From positions 1,152,001-1,216,000 of the forward strand of contig CAVWPA010000003.1 in assembly GCA_963756875.1 (NCBI GenBank): 64,000 bases of DNA, given 5' to 3'. Within the stretch, counting starts at the first letter, position 1. Each line of letters opens with the position of its first letter. This document shows, piece after piece, positions 10,238 through 21,255 of this stretch. The stretch comes from an uncultured Verrucomicrobiae bacterium. GTDB lineage: Bacteria > Verrucomicrobiota > Verrucomicrobiia > Chthoniobacterales > UBA10450. The position numbers and the translations under genes were made by a program. The notes beneath the pieces were generated by a model. The model had not been told where the DNA came from. It saw only the letters and a program-made list of their open reading frames with translations, and searched no databases.

Positions 10238-11245
10238 ATGGCGGACCGCAAGCTCGGGTGTCTCACTATCTTTTTGTTCATCGCGCTTTGTGCCAGCGTC
10301 TTCATCAATTTCGTCCTGGCCATAGTCGCCTTTCGCGGTTTGGGCGGGATTGGCGGAGAGGAAGAAAAACCTCCGCGCTTCCGGGAAGTGATCGTGCAGC
10401 GTGGTGCGCGCGGGAATTCCGATCGTATCGCTGTGATCGCCCTTCGGGGTCTGATTAGCTCGAATATCCCCGGAGTTGCCAGCGACTCGATGGTTGATGA
10501 CATGCGCACCGCTCTGGCGCAGGCCCGCAATGATCGCCACGTCAAAGCCGTCGTGTTGGAGATCGATTCGCCGGGAGGCGAGGTTACGGCCTCCGATGAA
10601 ATCTACAATGCTGTGGTTAAAACGCGGGCCAAAAAACCGGTGGTCGTTTACATGGATTCGCTGGCCGCCTCCGGGGCTTACTACATTTCATGCGGCGGAA
10701 AATACCTGATCGCAAACGAGACGAGCATTACCGGCAGCATTGGAGTCATTATCCAAACGCTCAATTACCAGCGCTTGTTCGATAAAATCGGGCTGGCGTC
10801 GGTGGTCTTCAAAAGTGGCAAATTCAAGGACATCCTGAATGGGGCGCGCCCGATGACCCCGGAGGAACGCGACCTGATTCAGAGTTTCGTCATGCAGACG
10901 TACGACAAATTTCTAGGCATCGTAGCCAAGGAGCGCGGTCTGTCGGCGGACACTCTGCGCAATACCATCGCGGACGGTCGCATTCTTTCGGGCAAAGACG
11001 CGCTCAGCAACAAGCTGATTGATGGATTGGGCGAGATCGACGACGCGTATGATAAGGCGAAGGAGCTTGGCCATGCTCCCGGAGCGACCGTCATCCGGTA
11101 CGGTTCGCCCTTTAGCCTGAGCCATTTCTTTCGCCTTTTCGGGCAGACGCAGGACTCAAGGATTCGACTCGAACTTCCGGAGCAGCTGGTCCCGCATCTC
11201 GAGAGCGGTCGCGCCTATTATTTGCCGAGCTCATACGCTCCATAG
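10238..11245 (+). CDS. sppA: Signal peptide peptidase (S49)
   Basis: N-terminal TM, IDSPGG, AASGAYY, TGSIGV, KSGKFKD. Confidence 0.93.
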   Translation: MADRKLGCLTIFLFIALCASVFINFVLAIVAFRGLGGIGGEEEKPPRFREVIVQRGARGNSDRIAVIALRGLISSNIPGVASDSMVDDMRTALAQARNDRHVKAVVLEIDSPGGEVTASDEIYNAVVKTRAKKPVVVYMDSLAASGAYYISCGGKYLIANETSITGSIGVIIQTLNYQRLFDKIGLASVVFKSGKFKDILNGARPMTPEERDLIQSFVMQTYDKFLGIVAKERGLSADTLRNTIADGRILSGKDALSNKLIDGLGEIDDAYDKAKELGHAPGATVIRYGSPFSLSHFFRLFGQTQDSRIRLELPEQLVPHLESGRAYYLPSSYAP

Positions 11246-12082
11246 ATGGGCGAACGCGGAATGTTTGCTTTAACAAGCGCATTCGGAAACATCCTCGGTA
11301 CGCTGATTCTTCTCGTCAGCGTCTACATTTATATCCTGTTAGCCCGCCAGATTAGCGCGCGGCGATCGGCTGCGGCTACGGTGGAAGCCGCTGGCGGAAC
11401 AAGGACCTTTGGTCTACCCGAAGCATTTCTCGCCTTCGTGCTGACCTGTTTTCTTCTGATTAACGTCGCCGCTTCCCTGTCACGAACAAGTCCGGTCCAG
11501 CTGAGCGACCGCGATCTTATCGCAAATTTGCTCTTTACCGTTCTGATTGTGCTTTTTGTCGCGAGTTTTTTGAAATGGCGCGGACTCGATCTCAACTCGT
11601 TAGGTGGTTTTTCCAGAATGAGCTTGCTCCGGGCGATATTGACCGGCGCCATCCTTCTGGTTGCAGCCTGGCCGTTGCTTGTCGTAGGCGAGGCAATTGG
11701 AAATCAAATTTTCGGCGGCGGCTCGGGTAAGCAGGGGATTGTCGATCTTTTCACTCAATCGCAGACCCTCAGGCAACGCGTCATGATCATTGTTCTGGCG
11801 GTGGCGGTTGCGCCCGTTTGCGAGGAATTCATTTTTCGTTTTTTCCTGTATGGGACCTTCAAACGCTACCTTGGTCCTGCCATTGGGCTTTTCCTGAACG
11901 CGCTGCTTTTTGCCGCCGCCCACGCTCATTGGCCCTCGTTCATTCCGCTTTTGATTCTGGGCATCTGTTTCACCCTTGCCTATGAATGGAGCGGATCGAT
12001 CCTCGTCTCCATGACGATGCACTCCCTTTTTAATTCGCTCACACTGACGTTCCTCGCGTTCCCGGGACTTTCTCAACAATGA
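11246..12082 (+). CDS. CPBP (Abi/CAAX) intramembrane metalloprotease
   Basis: APVCEEFIFR, FAAAH, HSLFN motifs; many TM segments. Confidence 0.9.
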   Translation: MGERGMFALTSAFGNILGTLILLVSVYIYILLARQISARRSAAATVEAAGGTRTFGLPEAFLAFVLTCFLLINVAASLSRTSPVQLSDRDLIANLLFTVLIVLFVASFLKWRGLDLNSLGGFSRMSLLRAILTGAILLVAAWPLLVVGEAIGNQIFGGGSGKQGIVDLFTQSQTLRQRVMIIVLAVAVAPVCEEFIFRFFLYGTFKRYLGPAIGLFLNALLFAAAHAHWPSFIPLLILGICFTLAYEWSGSILVSMTMHSLFNSLTLTFLAFPGLSQQ

Positions 12083-12969
12083 AACTGCGCGAGCTCGGGG
12101 AGGACCGTCTCCTCGCGCAATTACTTCCGTCGTTCTCCACCGGCCGTGGCGTGATCTGCGCAGCCGGCGACGACTGTGCCGTCGTCAAACCGCCAGGCAA
12201 TCGGGAGCTTCTTCTGCTGAAAACCGACTGCGTGGTGGAGAAGATTCATTTCCCGCCAGGGACCGACCCGGTTTTGATCGGGTGGAAGGCGATGATGCGG
12301 CCGTTGAGCGATTTCGCGGCCATGTCCGGGCGGCCCCGGTATGCATTGGTGACGCTCATTGTTCCGGCGGGACGCAGCAACGATTGGGTAGCGACGCTGT
12401 ATCGCGGCCTGCGGCGGGCAGCAGCGAGCTTTGATGTCAGCATCGTCGGTGGCGAAACAAGCAATACGCGTGGACCTGCGGCGATTTCGGTGAGCGTTGC
12501 CGGCTTTGCCGAAAAAAGGCGCTGGGTTTCTCGAAGCGGCGGCAAGGCTGGCGACCACCTTTTCGTTACCGGCCGACTCGGCGGCGCGTTACGCGGCAAA
12601 CATTTGCGGTTCGTTCCGCGGATCGAAGAATCGCGCTGGCTGACAAAGAACTTTCGAATTCACGCCATGATCGATTTGAGTGACGGGCTTGGGGCCGATC
12701 TGCCGCGGCTTGCCCGCTCGAGCAAGCTTGGATTTAAGATCGATGTCGAGCGCCTGCCTCTTGCTCGCGACGTCAAGATCGATAACGCCATTTCCGATGG
12801 CGAGGATTACGAACTTCTCTTCGCAATTTCAGCGCGCAAGAGCAAAGGGCTGGAACGAAGGTGGAAAAGAAAATTTCCCAAAGTTGCGCTCACCAGGATC
12901 GGCAAGTTTTATCAACCATCAACTATCAACTCTCAACTTCTGCAGGGTGGCTACGTTCACTTCAAATAG
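12079..12969 (+). CDS. thiL: Thiamine-monophosphate kinase
   Basis: GDDCAV, LSDFAAM, IVGGET, IDLSDGL, GEDYELLF. Confidence 0.93.
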   Translation: MKLRELGEDRLLAQLLPSFSTGRGVICAAGDDCAVVKPPGNRELLLLKTDCVVEKIHFPPGTDPVLIGWKAMMRPLSDFAAMSGRPRYALVTLIVPAGRSNDWVATLYRGLRRAAASFDVSIVGGETSNTRGPAAISVSVAGFAEKRRWVSRSGGKAGDHLFVTGRLGGALRGKHLRFVPRIEESRWLTKNFRIHAMIDLSDGLGADLPRLARSSKLGFKIDVERLPLARDVKIDNAISDGEDYELLFAISARKSKGLERRWKRKFPKVALTRIGKFYQPSTINSQLLQGGYVHFK

Positions 12970-13375
12970 CCCGGCAGAAACGGAAGAGTTTGGCCGGCGA
13001 TTCGCGCAAGAAATCAAGGCGGGCGCCGTTCTGGCTCTCCAGGGCGAACTCGGCAGCGGCAAAACAGAGTTTGTCAAAGGCGTTGCGGCAGGGCTCGGTA
13101 GCAGACAGGTCCCAACAAGCCCAACATTCACGCTTATCCATGAATATCCGGGAGGGCGCCTGCCGCTTTATCATTTCGATTTTTTCAGGATTGAAAACCG
13201 GGAATCGGCGGTGCGTCTTGGGCTGGACGACTATCTGTTCGGCAACGGCGTCTCCATAATTGAATGGGCCGATCGATTCCCCGAGTTGATTCCGGAGAAT
13301 GCCCGCTGGATTTCGTTCGAAACGAAATCTGAAAACGAACGCGCGATTACATTGATCGACACCCAATGCGAATGA
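12947..13375 (+). CDS. tsaE: t6A biosynthesis ATPase
   Basis: GELGSGKT, SPTFTL, HFDFFR, IEWAD; GTG start at 12947. Confidence 0.93.
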   Translation: MATFTSNSPAETEEFGRRFAQEIKAGAVLALQGELGSGKTEFVKGVAAGLGSRQVPTSPTFTLIHEYPGGRLPLYHFDFFRIENRESAVRLGLDDYLFGNGVSIIEWADRFPELIPENARWISFETKSENERAITLIDTQCE

Positions 13376-13983
13376 AGGTTTTGGCACTCGAACTCTCCTC
13401 AGCCCGCGGAAGCGTGGCCTGGTTGGACGGTAATACCGAATTGTTTCGGGAATGGCCGAATGATCGCAAAAACTCCGGGCCATTTTTTGAGAATCTTGCG
13501 GATATCCAAAAGCAGCTGGGCGGCCCGGATACGATTGTCGTGGGGCTTGGTCCCGGATCGTATGCCGGAGTTCGAATTGCGATTTCGGCGGCAGTCGGGT
13601 TGCAAGCCGCTACGAATGCCCGCCTGGCCGGACTCCCATCGATCTGCGCGATCGAATCCGATTCGCACGAATACCATGTGATCGGCGACGCGCGCCGAAA
13701 TTCGTTTTTCCTTGCTGGTGTTCGTGCGAACGAAGTGGTTGAAGGGCCGGATTTGTTTGCCGAAAACGAATTGCGCACCAAACTGAACGAGCTAAACTTG
13801 CCGATCTTTGCTTCGGAAATTCTTCCGCAATTCGAACGAGTAATTGTTCGTTATCCTTCGGCAAGAGTGCTGGCGCGACTGGCGCAGGATTCAAACTGCA
13901 AATTTGCACTTCCACCGCTTGAGCCGATTTATTTGCGCGAACCGCACATTACATTGCCGAAAGATCAGAGGACCGCTTCATGA
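13366..13983 (+). CDS. tsaB: t6A biosynthesis protein
   Basis: LALELSS, GPGSYAGVRI, DARR, EPIYLR. Confidence 0.92.
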   Translation: MRMKVLALELSSARGSVAWLDGNTELFREWPNDRKNSGPFFENLADIQKQLGGPDTIVVGLGPGSYAGVRIAISAAVGLQAATNARLAGLPSICAIESDSHEYHVIGDARRNSFFLAGVRANEVVEGPDLFAENELRTKLNELNLPIFASEILPQFERVIVRYPSARVLARLAQDSNCKFALPPLEPIYLREPHITLPKDQRTAS

Positions 13984-15080
13984 CCGGGAAGACGTATCGA
14001 TGCTGGGTTGAGATCGATCGCAGCGCGTTGTGTCACAACGCGAAAATGGTGCGCGAACAGATCGGGACGGCGGAACTTCTGGCCGTGGTCAAAGCGAACG
14101 CTTACGGACATGGCATGGTCGGCGTTTCGGAAGCGCTCGCAAATGAAGCGCAGTTGTTCGGTGTGGCGAATTTGGAGGAAGCGCAGGAGCTGCGGAAAGC
14201 GGTGCCGCATCCCATCATTATTCTTGGCCCGGCCATTCCGGGGGAGAGATCGGCAATCGCCGGGCATCATTTTATTCCCACGATCTCTACTTTCGAGGAA
14301 GCGCAGGAATTCAGTCGTGTCTCAGCGGGCTCGACGCTCTCGATCAATTTCAAGATCGACACGGGAATGGGACGCATGGGAGTGCCGGAAGATGGCGCTC
14401 TGGCTGCGTTCAAAAAGGTCTTGGCGTTGCCGCGGATTAAAATTCACAGCGTTTCAACGCATTTGCCGGTCTCGAACGAGGACGCGGAATTCACGCGCGA
14501 CGAGCTTCAGCGATTCGGGAAAATTGTCAGACAATTGCGCATCGAATCTCCGGGCGATTACAAGGCACATGTTTTGCAAAGCGCAGGCACGCTGGCTTTC
14601 AATGATCCGACATTCGACATCGTGCGCGCCGGAATCATGCTGTATGGGATTTCGCCGCTGCCGGAGTTTCAGAAGGTTCTAAAGCCGGTTGCGACGTGGA
14701 AAACCCGGATCGGACTTGTCCGCGACCTGCCCAAGGGGAGTTCGATCAGTTATGGCAGGACATTTATCGCGCCGAAAGCGATGCGGATCGCAACGGTTAC
14801 CGCGGGTTATGCCGACGGTTATCCGCGACATCTTTCCAATCGCGGCGCGGCGATGCTGGTTCGTGGCCGGCGCTGTCCATTGCTCGGTCGTGTCACAATG
14901 GATTTGATGATGATCGATGTTTCGCAAATCGGAGACGTCAATGTGGGCGAAGAGGTAATTTTGATGGGAAGCCAGGGTGAGGAGGAGATTTCGTGCGCGG
15001 AGTTGGCGGAGAAAGCCGACACGATTACCTGGGAAATTACGACACGCATCGGCGCGCGGGTGAAGCGGGTTTATTTTTGA
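13980..15080 (+). CDS. alr: Alanine racemase
   Basis: AVVKANAYGHG PLP lysine, KIDTGMGRMG, GYADG, GRVTMD. Confidence 0.96.
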   Translation: MTGKTYRCWVEIDRSALCHNAKMVREQIGTAELLAVVKANAYGHGMVGVSEALANEAQLFGVANLEEAQELRKAVPHPIIILGPAIPGERSAIAGHHFIPTISTFEEAQEFSRVSAGSTLSINFKIDTGMGRMGVPEDGALAAFKKVLALPRIKIHSVSTHLPVSNEDAEFTRDELQRFGKIVRQLRIESPGDYKAHVLQSAGTLAFNDPTFDIVRAGIMLYGISPLPEFQKVLKPVATWKTRIGLVRDLPKGSSISYGRTFIAPKAMRIATVTAGYADGYPRHLSNRGAAMLVRGRRCPLLGRVTMDLMMIDVSQIGDVNVGEEVILMGSQGEEEISCAELAEKADTITWEITTRIGARVKRVYF

Positions 15081-15176
15081 GAACGTTGACTTGTCAAAAA
15101 TGTTAAAACGAGGAGAGCTCCGGCGCGCGAAGAACGATTTAGCGATGCAACCGTTTTAACGATTTACGCTTCTTCT

Positions 15177-15539
15177 ATGTTCCAGATCATTTTCAATGAA
15201 TTGAGCGCGGCGGAGATGTCGGCGCTGCCGAAAAAGCTGCAGCTCGATTTGCTGGCCGAATTTCAAATTCTGCCTGAAGACCTCGATCACCTTGACGCCA
15301 GACACTTTGGCGTAATCGAGCGCGAGGGAAAAAAGCTTTATCGATATCGGGCAAAAGAGTATCGCATTTATTTTGAAAAGACGCCCGAAGGGATCACAAT
15401 TCACCGGGTTCTTCACAAGAACACGTTTCGCGATTTTCTGTTCCGCAGTCGACTGCCGGTGGCGGAAGACCAGCAACTCGGCAAAACGCGTGAGTTTTGG
15501 AAATTGATCGAGCAAGGCGAGAAAACAAGGAAGGCGTAG
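15177..15539 (+). CDS. RelE/ParE-like protein, no adjacent antitoxin
   Basis: LYRYRAKEYRIYF ... IHRVLH resembles the RelE core. Confidence 0.6.
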   Translation: MFQIIFNELSAAEMSALPKKLQLDLLAEFQILPEDLDHLDARHFGVIEREGKKLYRYRAKEYRIYFEKTPEGITIHRVLHKNTFRDFLFRSRLPVAEDQQLGKTREFWKLIEQGEKTRKA

Positions 15540-15617
15540 AAGAAAGAAGAAAACCGCGAACGGTCCGAGCCGGACTGGCATCGAACGCCGAACGCCGAAT
15601 TCGTAAAGCAGGCAATT

Positions 15618-15741
15618 GTAGGGCGTTTTTGTGAACCCCGAAAGCCTTCGGGGCTGACACAGACGCCCTACAAAATAAACGGGATGGAATCGGTGGCATG
15701 CGCTTGTGGCGCACGGATCATCGGCAGGATGCCGATGCCAC
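15618..15741. repeat. Two adjacent REP-like doublets
   Basis: GTAGGGCGTT ... GACGCCCTACA, then GTGGCATGCG ... ATCGGCAGGATGCCGATGCCAC (the latter also at 35325-35381). Confidence 0.7.
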
Positions 15742-15743
15742 GA

Positions 15744-15983
15744 CTACTTCATCAACAGCACCGACCGGCTGCGCTTGATTTCGCGGGTGATTTTGCGATG
15801 CAGATGCGCAGGCATGCCGGTGACGCGGCGCGGAAGAATCTTGCCACTCTCGGTAACAAACTTCTTTAGAAGATCGGGATTTTTATAGTCGATCGCCTCG
15901 ATGGCGATATCGATCCGGCGCCGTGGCATGGTGCGGTTGGCTCGGCGAAATGCGGAGCGACGTTTGGCGGTTTTAGGTTGCAT
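15744..15983 (-). CDS. rpsR: 30S ribosomal protein S18 (Cys-free)
   Basis: [26 protein letters not shown]. Confidence 0.96.
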   Translation of the reverse strand: MQPKTAKRRSAFRRANRTMPRRRIDIAIEAIDYKNPDLLKKFVTESGKILPRRVTGMPAHLHRKITREIKRSRSVLLMK

Positions 15984-15989
15984 CGAGAG

Positions 15990-16163
15990 TTACTTGGTTT
16001 CGCGGTGGAGAGTATGCCGGCGAAGAAACGGATTGTATTTTTTCTTTTCCAGCCGGTTGGGTGTGCGTGGGCTCTTTTTGTTGCGCGTAGTCATGTAACG
16101 CGACGTTGGTTTGCCAAGCGCCTTCGCTTCAGTGCATTCCAGTGTGACAATTTCCTGCGCCAT
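15990..16163 (-). CDS. rpmG: 50S ribosomal protein L33 (missing from ORF track, 57 aa)
   Basis: Manual translation [57 protein letters not shown]. Confidence 0.95.
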   Translation of the reverse strand: MAQEIVTLECTEAKALGKPTSRYMTTRNKKSPRTPNRLEKKKYNPFLRRHTLHRETK

Positions 16164-16168
16164 CTTTG

Positions 16169-16852
16169 CTATTCCTTCGTGTTTTCAGTGGTGGAGGGTT
16201 GTTCCTCTTCGCCTTCCGATTCTCCACCTTCCTCATCGGTCAAACCAAAGAGCGACGTGACCGACTGACGGACGCGGGAAGCTTTGTTTTGTTTTTCGAG
16301 CTGCGATTGGCATTCGACGGTGAATCGCGCGAACGGAATCGCTTCAAGACGCGCGCGAGGAATGTGTTTGCCTGACATCTCGCAGATTCCGTAGGTGCCG
16401 AGATCGATGCGTTTCAGGGCCTGATCGATCTCGTAAAGCGCATCCTGCTCCTGAGAAAGCAGGCTGAGCGCGAAATCGCGATCGTATGCGTCCGAGCCGG
16501 CATCGGCCTGGTGCATACCGAATGCGGAAGCTTCGCTCCCCTCGGCGCGCGAGCGCAATGTGTCCTGCGCCACGCCGGCCATGGAGTCGACCATGGCATC
16601 GCGCAACTGCAATAATTTGTCCCGTTGCTTGCGAACGAATGGATCAAGCCGGCGTACACGGTGGTTATTTCTGCCAGCCAATTTGGTCGCTTTGCCCGCT
16701 TCCTTTTTGGAGTGTTTGACGCCTTTCTTCGAAACGTGGCCGCCCGATTTTTTCGCCGCAGGTTTCCGCGCCGGTTTCGACGCCTTACGGGCGGAGACCT
16801 TCTTCTTGGCAGCCTTTTTCTTGGGAGTCTTCTTTTTCTTTGGGTGGGCCAT
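16169..16852 (-). CDS. dksA: TraR/DksA-family regulator with Lys/Ala-rich N-terminus
   Basis: HQADAGSD coiled-coil tip; [34 protein letters not shown]. Confidence 0.85.
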   Translation of the reverse strand: MAHPKKKKTPKKKAAKKKVSARKASKPARKPAAKKSGGHVSKKGVKHSKKEAGKATKLAGRNNHRVRRLDPFVRKQRDKLLQLRDAMVDSMAGVAQDTLRSRAEGSEASAFGMHQADAGSDAYDRDFALSLLSQEQDALYEIDQALKRIDLGTYGICEMSGKHIPRARLEAIPFARFTVECQSQLEKQNKASRVRQSVTSLFGLTDEEGGESEGEEEQPSTTENTKE

Positions 16853-16984
16853 AGTTTTTAAAGTACCTGGTTAGTCAGGGGCCGGGAAAAACGGAGGCTT
16901 AATTAAGAACATTTCGCCCCGTGCGCAAGCGGAGATTTAGCCTTTCACATCGCACGATTCCAGCCGTTGTTTGAGGGGCCGGTT

Positions 16985-17779
16985 CTAGGAGCTGGCGCTG
17001 GAGTAATGTCGCAGAGCAAAGCGCCAGAAAACCCGGGATAAGCAGAAAATAATCGTGGAGGCGACAACCAGCTGAACCATCAGCGGAAAGGGCCGTCCCA
17101 GCGATCTGATTAACAGCCGCGCGGGAATGTTCGCCACGATCACAACGGGAATGATCCAGCTAAAAATAAAGCGAAAAAGCGGTGGGAAGATGGAGTCCGG
17201 ATAACGGGCGATGTTGAGGAAATTGAAGTAGCCGTAAACCAGCCCCTGGGCGCGGACGATCCAGAAACTCACCGCGGCGAGACTGAGCATGATGGAGTAA
17301 TGCACTGCGATTCCAAAACCGAGTGCGGCGACGTAGAGCAGGATTGCCGTTGGGTTTGGGACGATGCCCAGCTTGGACAACGAGACACAAACCACGGCGC
17401 CGCCCAGGGCAGCGTTGACTACGCTGTCGAGTCCGAATTGTTTGGTCGAAACGGCAAATTGGCTGTCGACCGGCAGAACGAGCAGGGAATCCAGTTTTCC
17501 GGTGCGGACCAGTTCCGGAATGTTGGCGACATTGACAAAAAAGAAGGCTTGAAAGAGTTGCGCGATCATCTGATGCGTGCCGATTAGCAACACAACCTGC
17601 CACTTTGACCAGTCACCGATACGATTGACATTGCCGAAGATGATGCTGAAAAACAGGATCTGGCCGCAGAACCACAGAACCTCAACGAGCATCCAAAGGA
17701 TAAAGTTCGCCTTAAAGCTCATCTCGCGAATGAGCGAATTGCGCAGCATGATGGAATAAATTTCGATGTAACGCCGCAC
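16985..17779 (-). CDS. ABC-2 family permease (DUF990 type)
   Basis: VRTGKLDSLLVLP, ARYPDSIF, ends YSSASS. Confidence 0.85.
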   Translation of the reverse strand: MRRYIEIYSIMLRNSLIREMSFKANFILWMLVEVLWFCGQILFFSIIFGNVNRIGDWSKWQVVLLIGTHQMIAQLFQAFFFVNVANIPELVRTGKLDSLLVLPVDSQFAVSTKQFGLDSVVNAALGGAVVCVSLSKLGIVPNPTAILLYVAALGFGIAVHYSIMLSLAAVSFWIVRAQGLVYGYFNFLNIARYPDSIFPPLFRFIFSWIIPVVIVANIPARLLIRSLGRPFPLMVQLVVASTIIFCLSRVFWRFALRHYSSASS

Positions 17780-17826
17780 GGCCCTCTCTTGTCTTCTAAG
17801 TGTATGCTACGTGAACCACGATCCGC

Positions 17827-19008
17827 ATGAAGCGTTTTCTCCTGCCGGGGTCCGTCATTATCGGCCTGTTAATCCTCTTGTTCGTTGTGCGTCAGTGCCG
17901 GCGAGAGGCTACGACCGATTATCAAACTGCGCCGATCACCCGTGGGCCGTTGACCCAGGCGGTCACCGCCACGGGCACGTTGAATCCGGTGATCAACGTG
18001 CAGGTTGGAAGTCAGATCTCTGGTAACATTGCGAAGCTGTATGTGGACTTTAATTCGCAAGTCAAAGCCGGCCAGGTGGTGGCGCAAATCGATCCGGTCT
18101 TGTTTCAGGCAGCAGTGACACAAGCCCAGGGCGATCTGGCCAACGCTGAGGCCGCGCTCGAACTGGCCAAAGTCAACGCGACGCGCACCCAGTCGTTATT
18201 TGCCCAGAAGAATTCGTCGCAGGCGGATCTCGACCAGGCAATGGCTGGCCTGCACCAGGCGGAGGCCAGCGTGAAAATCAAACAAGGCGCGCTCGACAGA
18301 GCGAAAGCCGATCTCGATCACTGCACCATTACGTCGCCCATCGATGGCGTGGTTATTTCGCGAAATGTCGATGTCGGCCAGACAGTGGCGGCCAGTTTGC
18401 AGGCCCCCGTCATCTTCACCATTGCAAACGACCTGGCGAAAATGCAGATCGACGCCAACGTGGCCGAGGCCGATGTCGGCGTCGTGGAAGTGGGGCAGAC
18501 CGTCGATTTTACCGTGGACGCGTTTCCGATGCGCACGTTTCACGGCAAAGTGGTGCAGGTGCGTAATGCTCCGATCACTGTGCAGAACGTTGTCACGTAC
18601 GACACCGTTATCGGTGTCAGCAATCCGGATTTGAAATTAAAGCCGGGGATGACGGCGAATGTCTCGATCATCGTCGCCCACAAGGATAACGTTCTGCAAA
18701 TCAAGAATGCAGCGCTGCGATATCGGCCCGTCGAGGCGTCTTCTACCGGGACAAAATCGGCGCCAAGCCCTGGCAAACGGCGTCCGAGCACGGGACATGA
18801 ACATCGGATTGAGCGAACCGTTTACATTTTGGGAAACGGCGCCAGCCGCCCCCAACCTGTGCAAATCAAAACCGGCATCAGCGATGGAATCGTTACCGAA
18901 GTTGTCGACGGCTTGAAAGAAGGCGACCGCGTCGTGACCGCCGAACTGACGCAGGCCGCCGAGTCGGCTCCGGCCAATCCTTTTAGCGGTTCGCGCCACT
19001 TTCATTGA
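17827..19008 (+). CDS. Periplasmic adaptor / MFP (MacA-like)
   Basis: VGSQISG, ITSPIDGVV, GQTVAASLQAP, LKPGMTA. Confidence 0.92.
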   Translation: MKRFLLPGSVIIGLLILLFVVRQCRREATTDYQTAPITRGPLTQAVTATGTLNPVINVQVGSQISGNIAKLYVDFNSQVKAGQVVAQIDPVLFQAAVTQAQGDLANAEAALELAKVNATRTQSLFAQKNSSQADLDQAMAGLHQAEASVKIKQGALDRAKADLDHCTITSPIDGVVISRNVDVGQTVAASLQAPVIFTIANDLAKMQIDANVAEADVGVVEVGQTVDFTVDAFPMRTFHGKVVQVRNAPITVQNVVTYDTVIGVSNPDLKLKPGMTANVSIIVAHKDNVLQIKNAALRYRPVEASSTGTKSAPSPGKRRPSTGHEHRIERTVYILGNGASRPQPVQIKTGISDGIVTEVVDGLKEGDRVVTAELTQAAESAPANPFSGSRHFH

Positions 19009-19057
19009 TTTTTATCGTCGATTGTCGAGCACAAGAATGAGCGAGGGTGGAACGGAC

Positions 19058-19810
19058 ATGAACAATGGCGAGATCGTCAGGCTGATCGACGTGCACAAGA
19101 TCTATCGCAGCGGCGAAATGGAAGTGCCCGCGGTGCGCGGCGTGTCGCTGGAAATCAAGCGGGGAGAGTTCGTCGCGCTGATGGGGTCGAGCGGTTCGGG
19201 CAAATCGACGTTGATGAACATACTTGGCTGCCTCGACCGGGCGACGTCCGGTCGTTATATTTTGGGAGATGCCGATGTTTCCAACCTGAATCGCGACCAG
19301 TTGGCGGACATTCGCAATCGCAAAATCGGGTTCATTTTTCAAAGTTTCAATCTTTTGCCGCGCACGTCTGCGCGCGAAAACGTGGAGCTGCCGCTGCTTT
19401 ACGGTGCGCATCGTCTGACGAACGCGCAGTTACGCGAAAGGGCCGATCGCGTTTTGGGTTCGGTTGGATTGGCCGGTCGCGAAGACCATTATCCGGGCCA
19501 GCTTTCCGGGGGCCAACAGCAGCGCGTGGCGACCGCGCGGGCGCTGGTTAACAATCCTGAAATCGTGCTCGCCGACGAACCGACCGGTAATCTGGACAGC
19601 AGGACCAGTATCGAGATCATGGGAATCTTCCAAGAGCTCAACGATCGCGGCATTACCATCATCATGGTAACGCACGAGCAGGACATCGCGGCGTACGCGC
19701 GGCGCAACGTCATCATGCGCGACGGGATGATTGTTGAGGATCGCGTGGTAACGCAGCGACTCACTGCGAGCACGGAGCTACAGAGGCGGAGTAATGGAGT
19801 AACGGAGTAA
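19058..19810 (+). CDS. ABC ATP-binding protein (MacB/LolD-like)
   Basis: [28 protein letters not shown]. Start could be 19037. Confidence 0.93.
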   Translation: MNNGEIVRLIDVHKIYRSGEMEVPAVRGVSLEIKRGEFVALMGSSGSGKSTLMNILGCLDRATSGRYILGDADVSNLNRDQLADIRNRKIGFIFQSFNLLPRTSARENVELPLLYGAHRLTNAQLRERADRVLGSVGLAGREDHYPGQLSGGQQQRVATARALVNNPEIVLADEPTGNLDSRTSIEIMGIFQELNDRGITIIMVTHEQDIAAYARRNVIMRDGMIVEDRVVTQRLTASTELQRRSNGVTE

Positions 19811-19854
19811 TGAGTACGAAACAACACACTGCTCCAGCGCTCCATTTTTGACCG

Positions 19855-21072
19855 GTGAGAGTCGCGTCGACTTTTAACATCGCGTTCCGAGCGTTGCGTC
19901 GGAATAAAATGCGGTCTGTGCTGACGGCACTCGGCATCATTATCGGCGTAGCGGCGGTGATTGCCATGGTCGGGATTGGCAACGGGGCAAAGGCGCAGGT
20001 CGAGGCACAGATCGCAAGCCTTGGAGAAAATGTGATTCTGATTTTTTCGGGAAGCACAACTTCCAGTGGCATTCGCACGGGGTGGGGCAGTGCCGGCACG
20101 TTGAAAATCGAGGATGCCGAAGCAATTCGCAGAGAAATCCCGGACATCGTGGCCGTAAGCGAAGAAGTTGTTTCCACCACGCAGGTTGCGGCAGGAAATC
20201 AAAATTGGTTTACCCGCGTTTTCGGCGAGTCATCCGACTACTTCGATATTCGCGAATGGCCGCTGGCCGAAGGCTCGTCATTCACTCCGCAAGATGTGCG
20301 CAGCGCAAACAAGGTTTGCGTCGTTGGTCGGACGACGGCCGTCCAAATTTACGGAAATGAGGATGCGGTCGGACAGATTTTGCGCATTAAAAACGTGCCG
20401 TTCACAATCACTGGCGTTTTGACTGCGAAAGGGTTGAGCCCGCAGGGCGTCGATCAGGACGATATTGTGGTGATGCCGTACACTAGCGCGATGAAACGCG
20501 TGACCGGCGGCACAGTCCTGCGCAACATTGAAGTCCAGGTAGGCGACGGTCGTCAGGTCGCGGGCGCCCAGCAGCAGATCGTCGCCTTGCTGCGGCAACG
20601 CCATAACATTCGCCCAGGTCACGATGACGATTTTACGGTGCGCACGCAGCAGGAGATCGCCGACATGGCCACGGCGACGACAGCGGTTATGACCGTTCTG
20701 CTCGGTTCAATCGCCGGCGTTTCTCTTGTCGTCGGCGGAATTGGCATCATGAACATCATGCTAGTGAGCGTGACCGAGCGGACGCGGGAGATCGGCACGC
20801 GCATGGCAGTCGGTGCGCACGGCAGCGATATTCTCATGCAATTCTTGATCGAAGCGGTCTCGCTCAGTTCGGTCGGAGGCTTGATTGGCATTATTCTTGG
20901 GGTCGCAGCCTCAAGAGTTTTGTCGAACTACGCCCATTGGCCTACGCTCATTTCCATCAGCTCGATTGTGACTGCGTTTTCGGTCAGTGCCGCTGTCGGA
21001 ATCTTCTTTGGATTTTATCCGGCCCGCAAAGCCGCCGCGCTCGATCCAATCGAAGCGTTGCGCTACGAATAG
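19855..21072 (+). CDS. ABC permease (MacB/FtsX-like)
   Basis: [43 protein letters not shown]. Confidence 0.93.
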   Translation: MRVASTFNIAFRALRRNKMRSVLTALGIIIGVAAVIAMVGIGNGAKAQVEAQIASLGENVILIFSGSTTSSGIRTGWGSAGTLKIEDAEAIRREIPDIVAVSEEVVSTTQVAAGNQNWFTRVFGESSDYFDIREWPLAEGSSFTPQDVRSANKVCVVGRTTAVQIYGNEDAVGQILRIKNVPFTITGVLTAKGLSPQGVDQDDIVVMPYTSAMKRVTGGTVLRNIEVQVGDGRQVAGAQQQIVALLRQRHNIRPGHDDDFTVRTQQEIADMATATTAVMTVLLGSIAGVSLVVGGIGIMNIMLVSVTERTREIGTRMAVGAHGSDILMQFLIEAVSLSSVGGLIGIILGVAASRVLSNYAHWPTLISISSIVTAFSVSAAVGIFFGFYPARKAAALDPIEALRYE

Positions 21073-21255
21073 GCAGGGACGCATCTCCGAGGCGTCCCTC
21101 GAATTATTCTTTGAACGGGTTCAATAAAAGCGGACGGCTCGGAGAGCCATCCCTACGTGAGAATTTCAATACGGCTCAGTTTGTAAGAATACTTTGCCGC
21201 GGGGACCGCTCGCTTTGCGAGATACAAATGGATCCAGAACGTGTCCGGGTTTTGG

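Noticed and set aside
11246..12082. Abi-family protein as abortive infection or RiPP immunity
   Set aside because: It is a CPBP protease in a housekeeping operon, with no precursor peptide or defence genes nearby.
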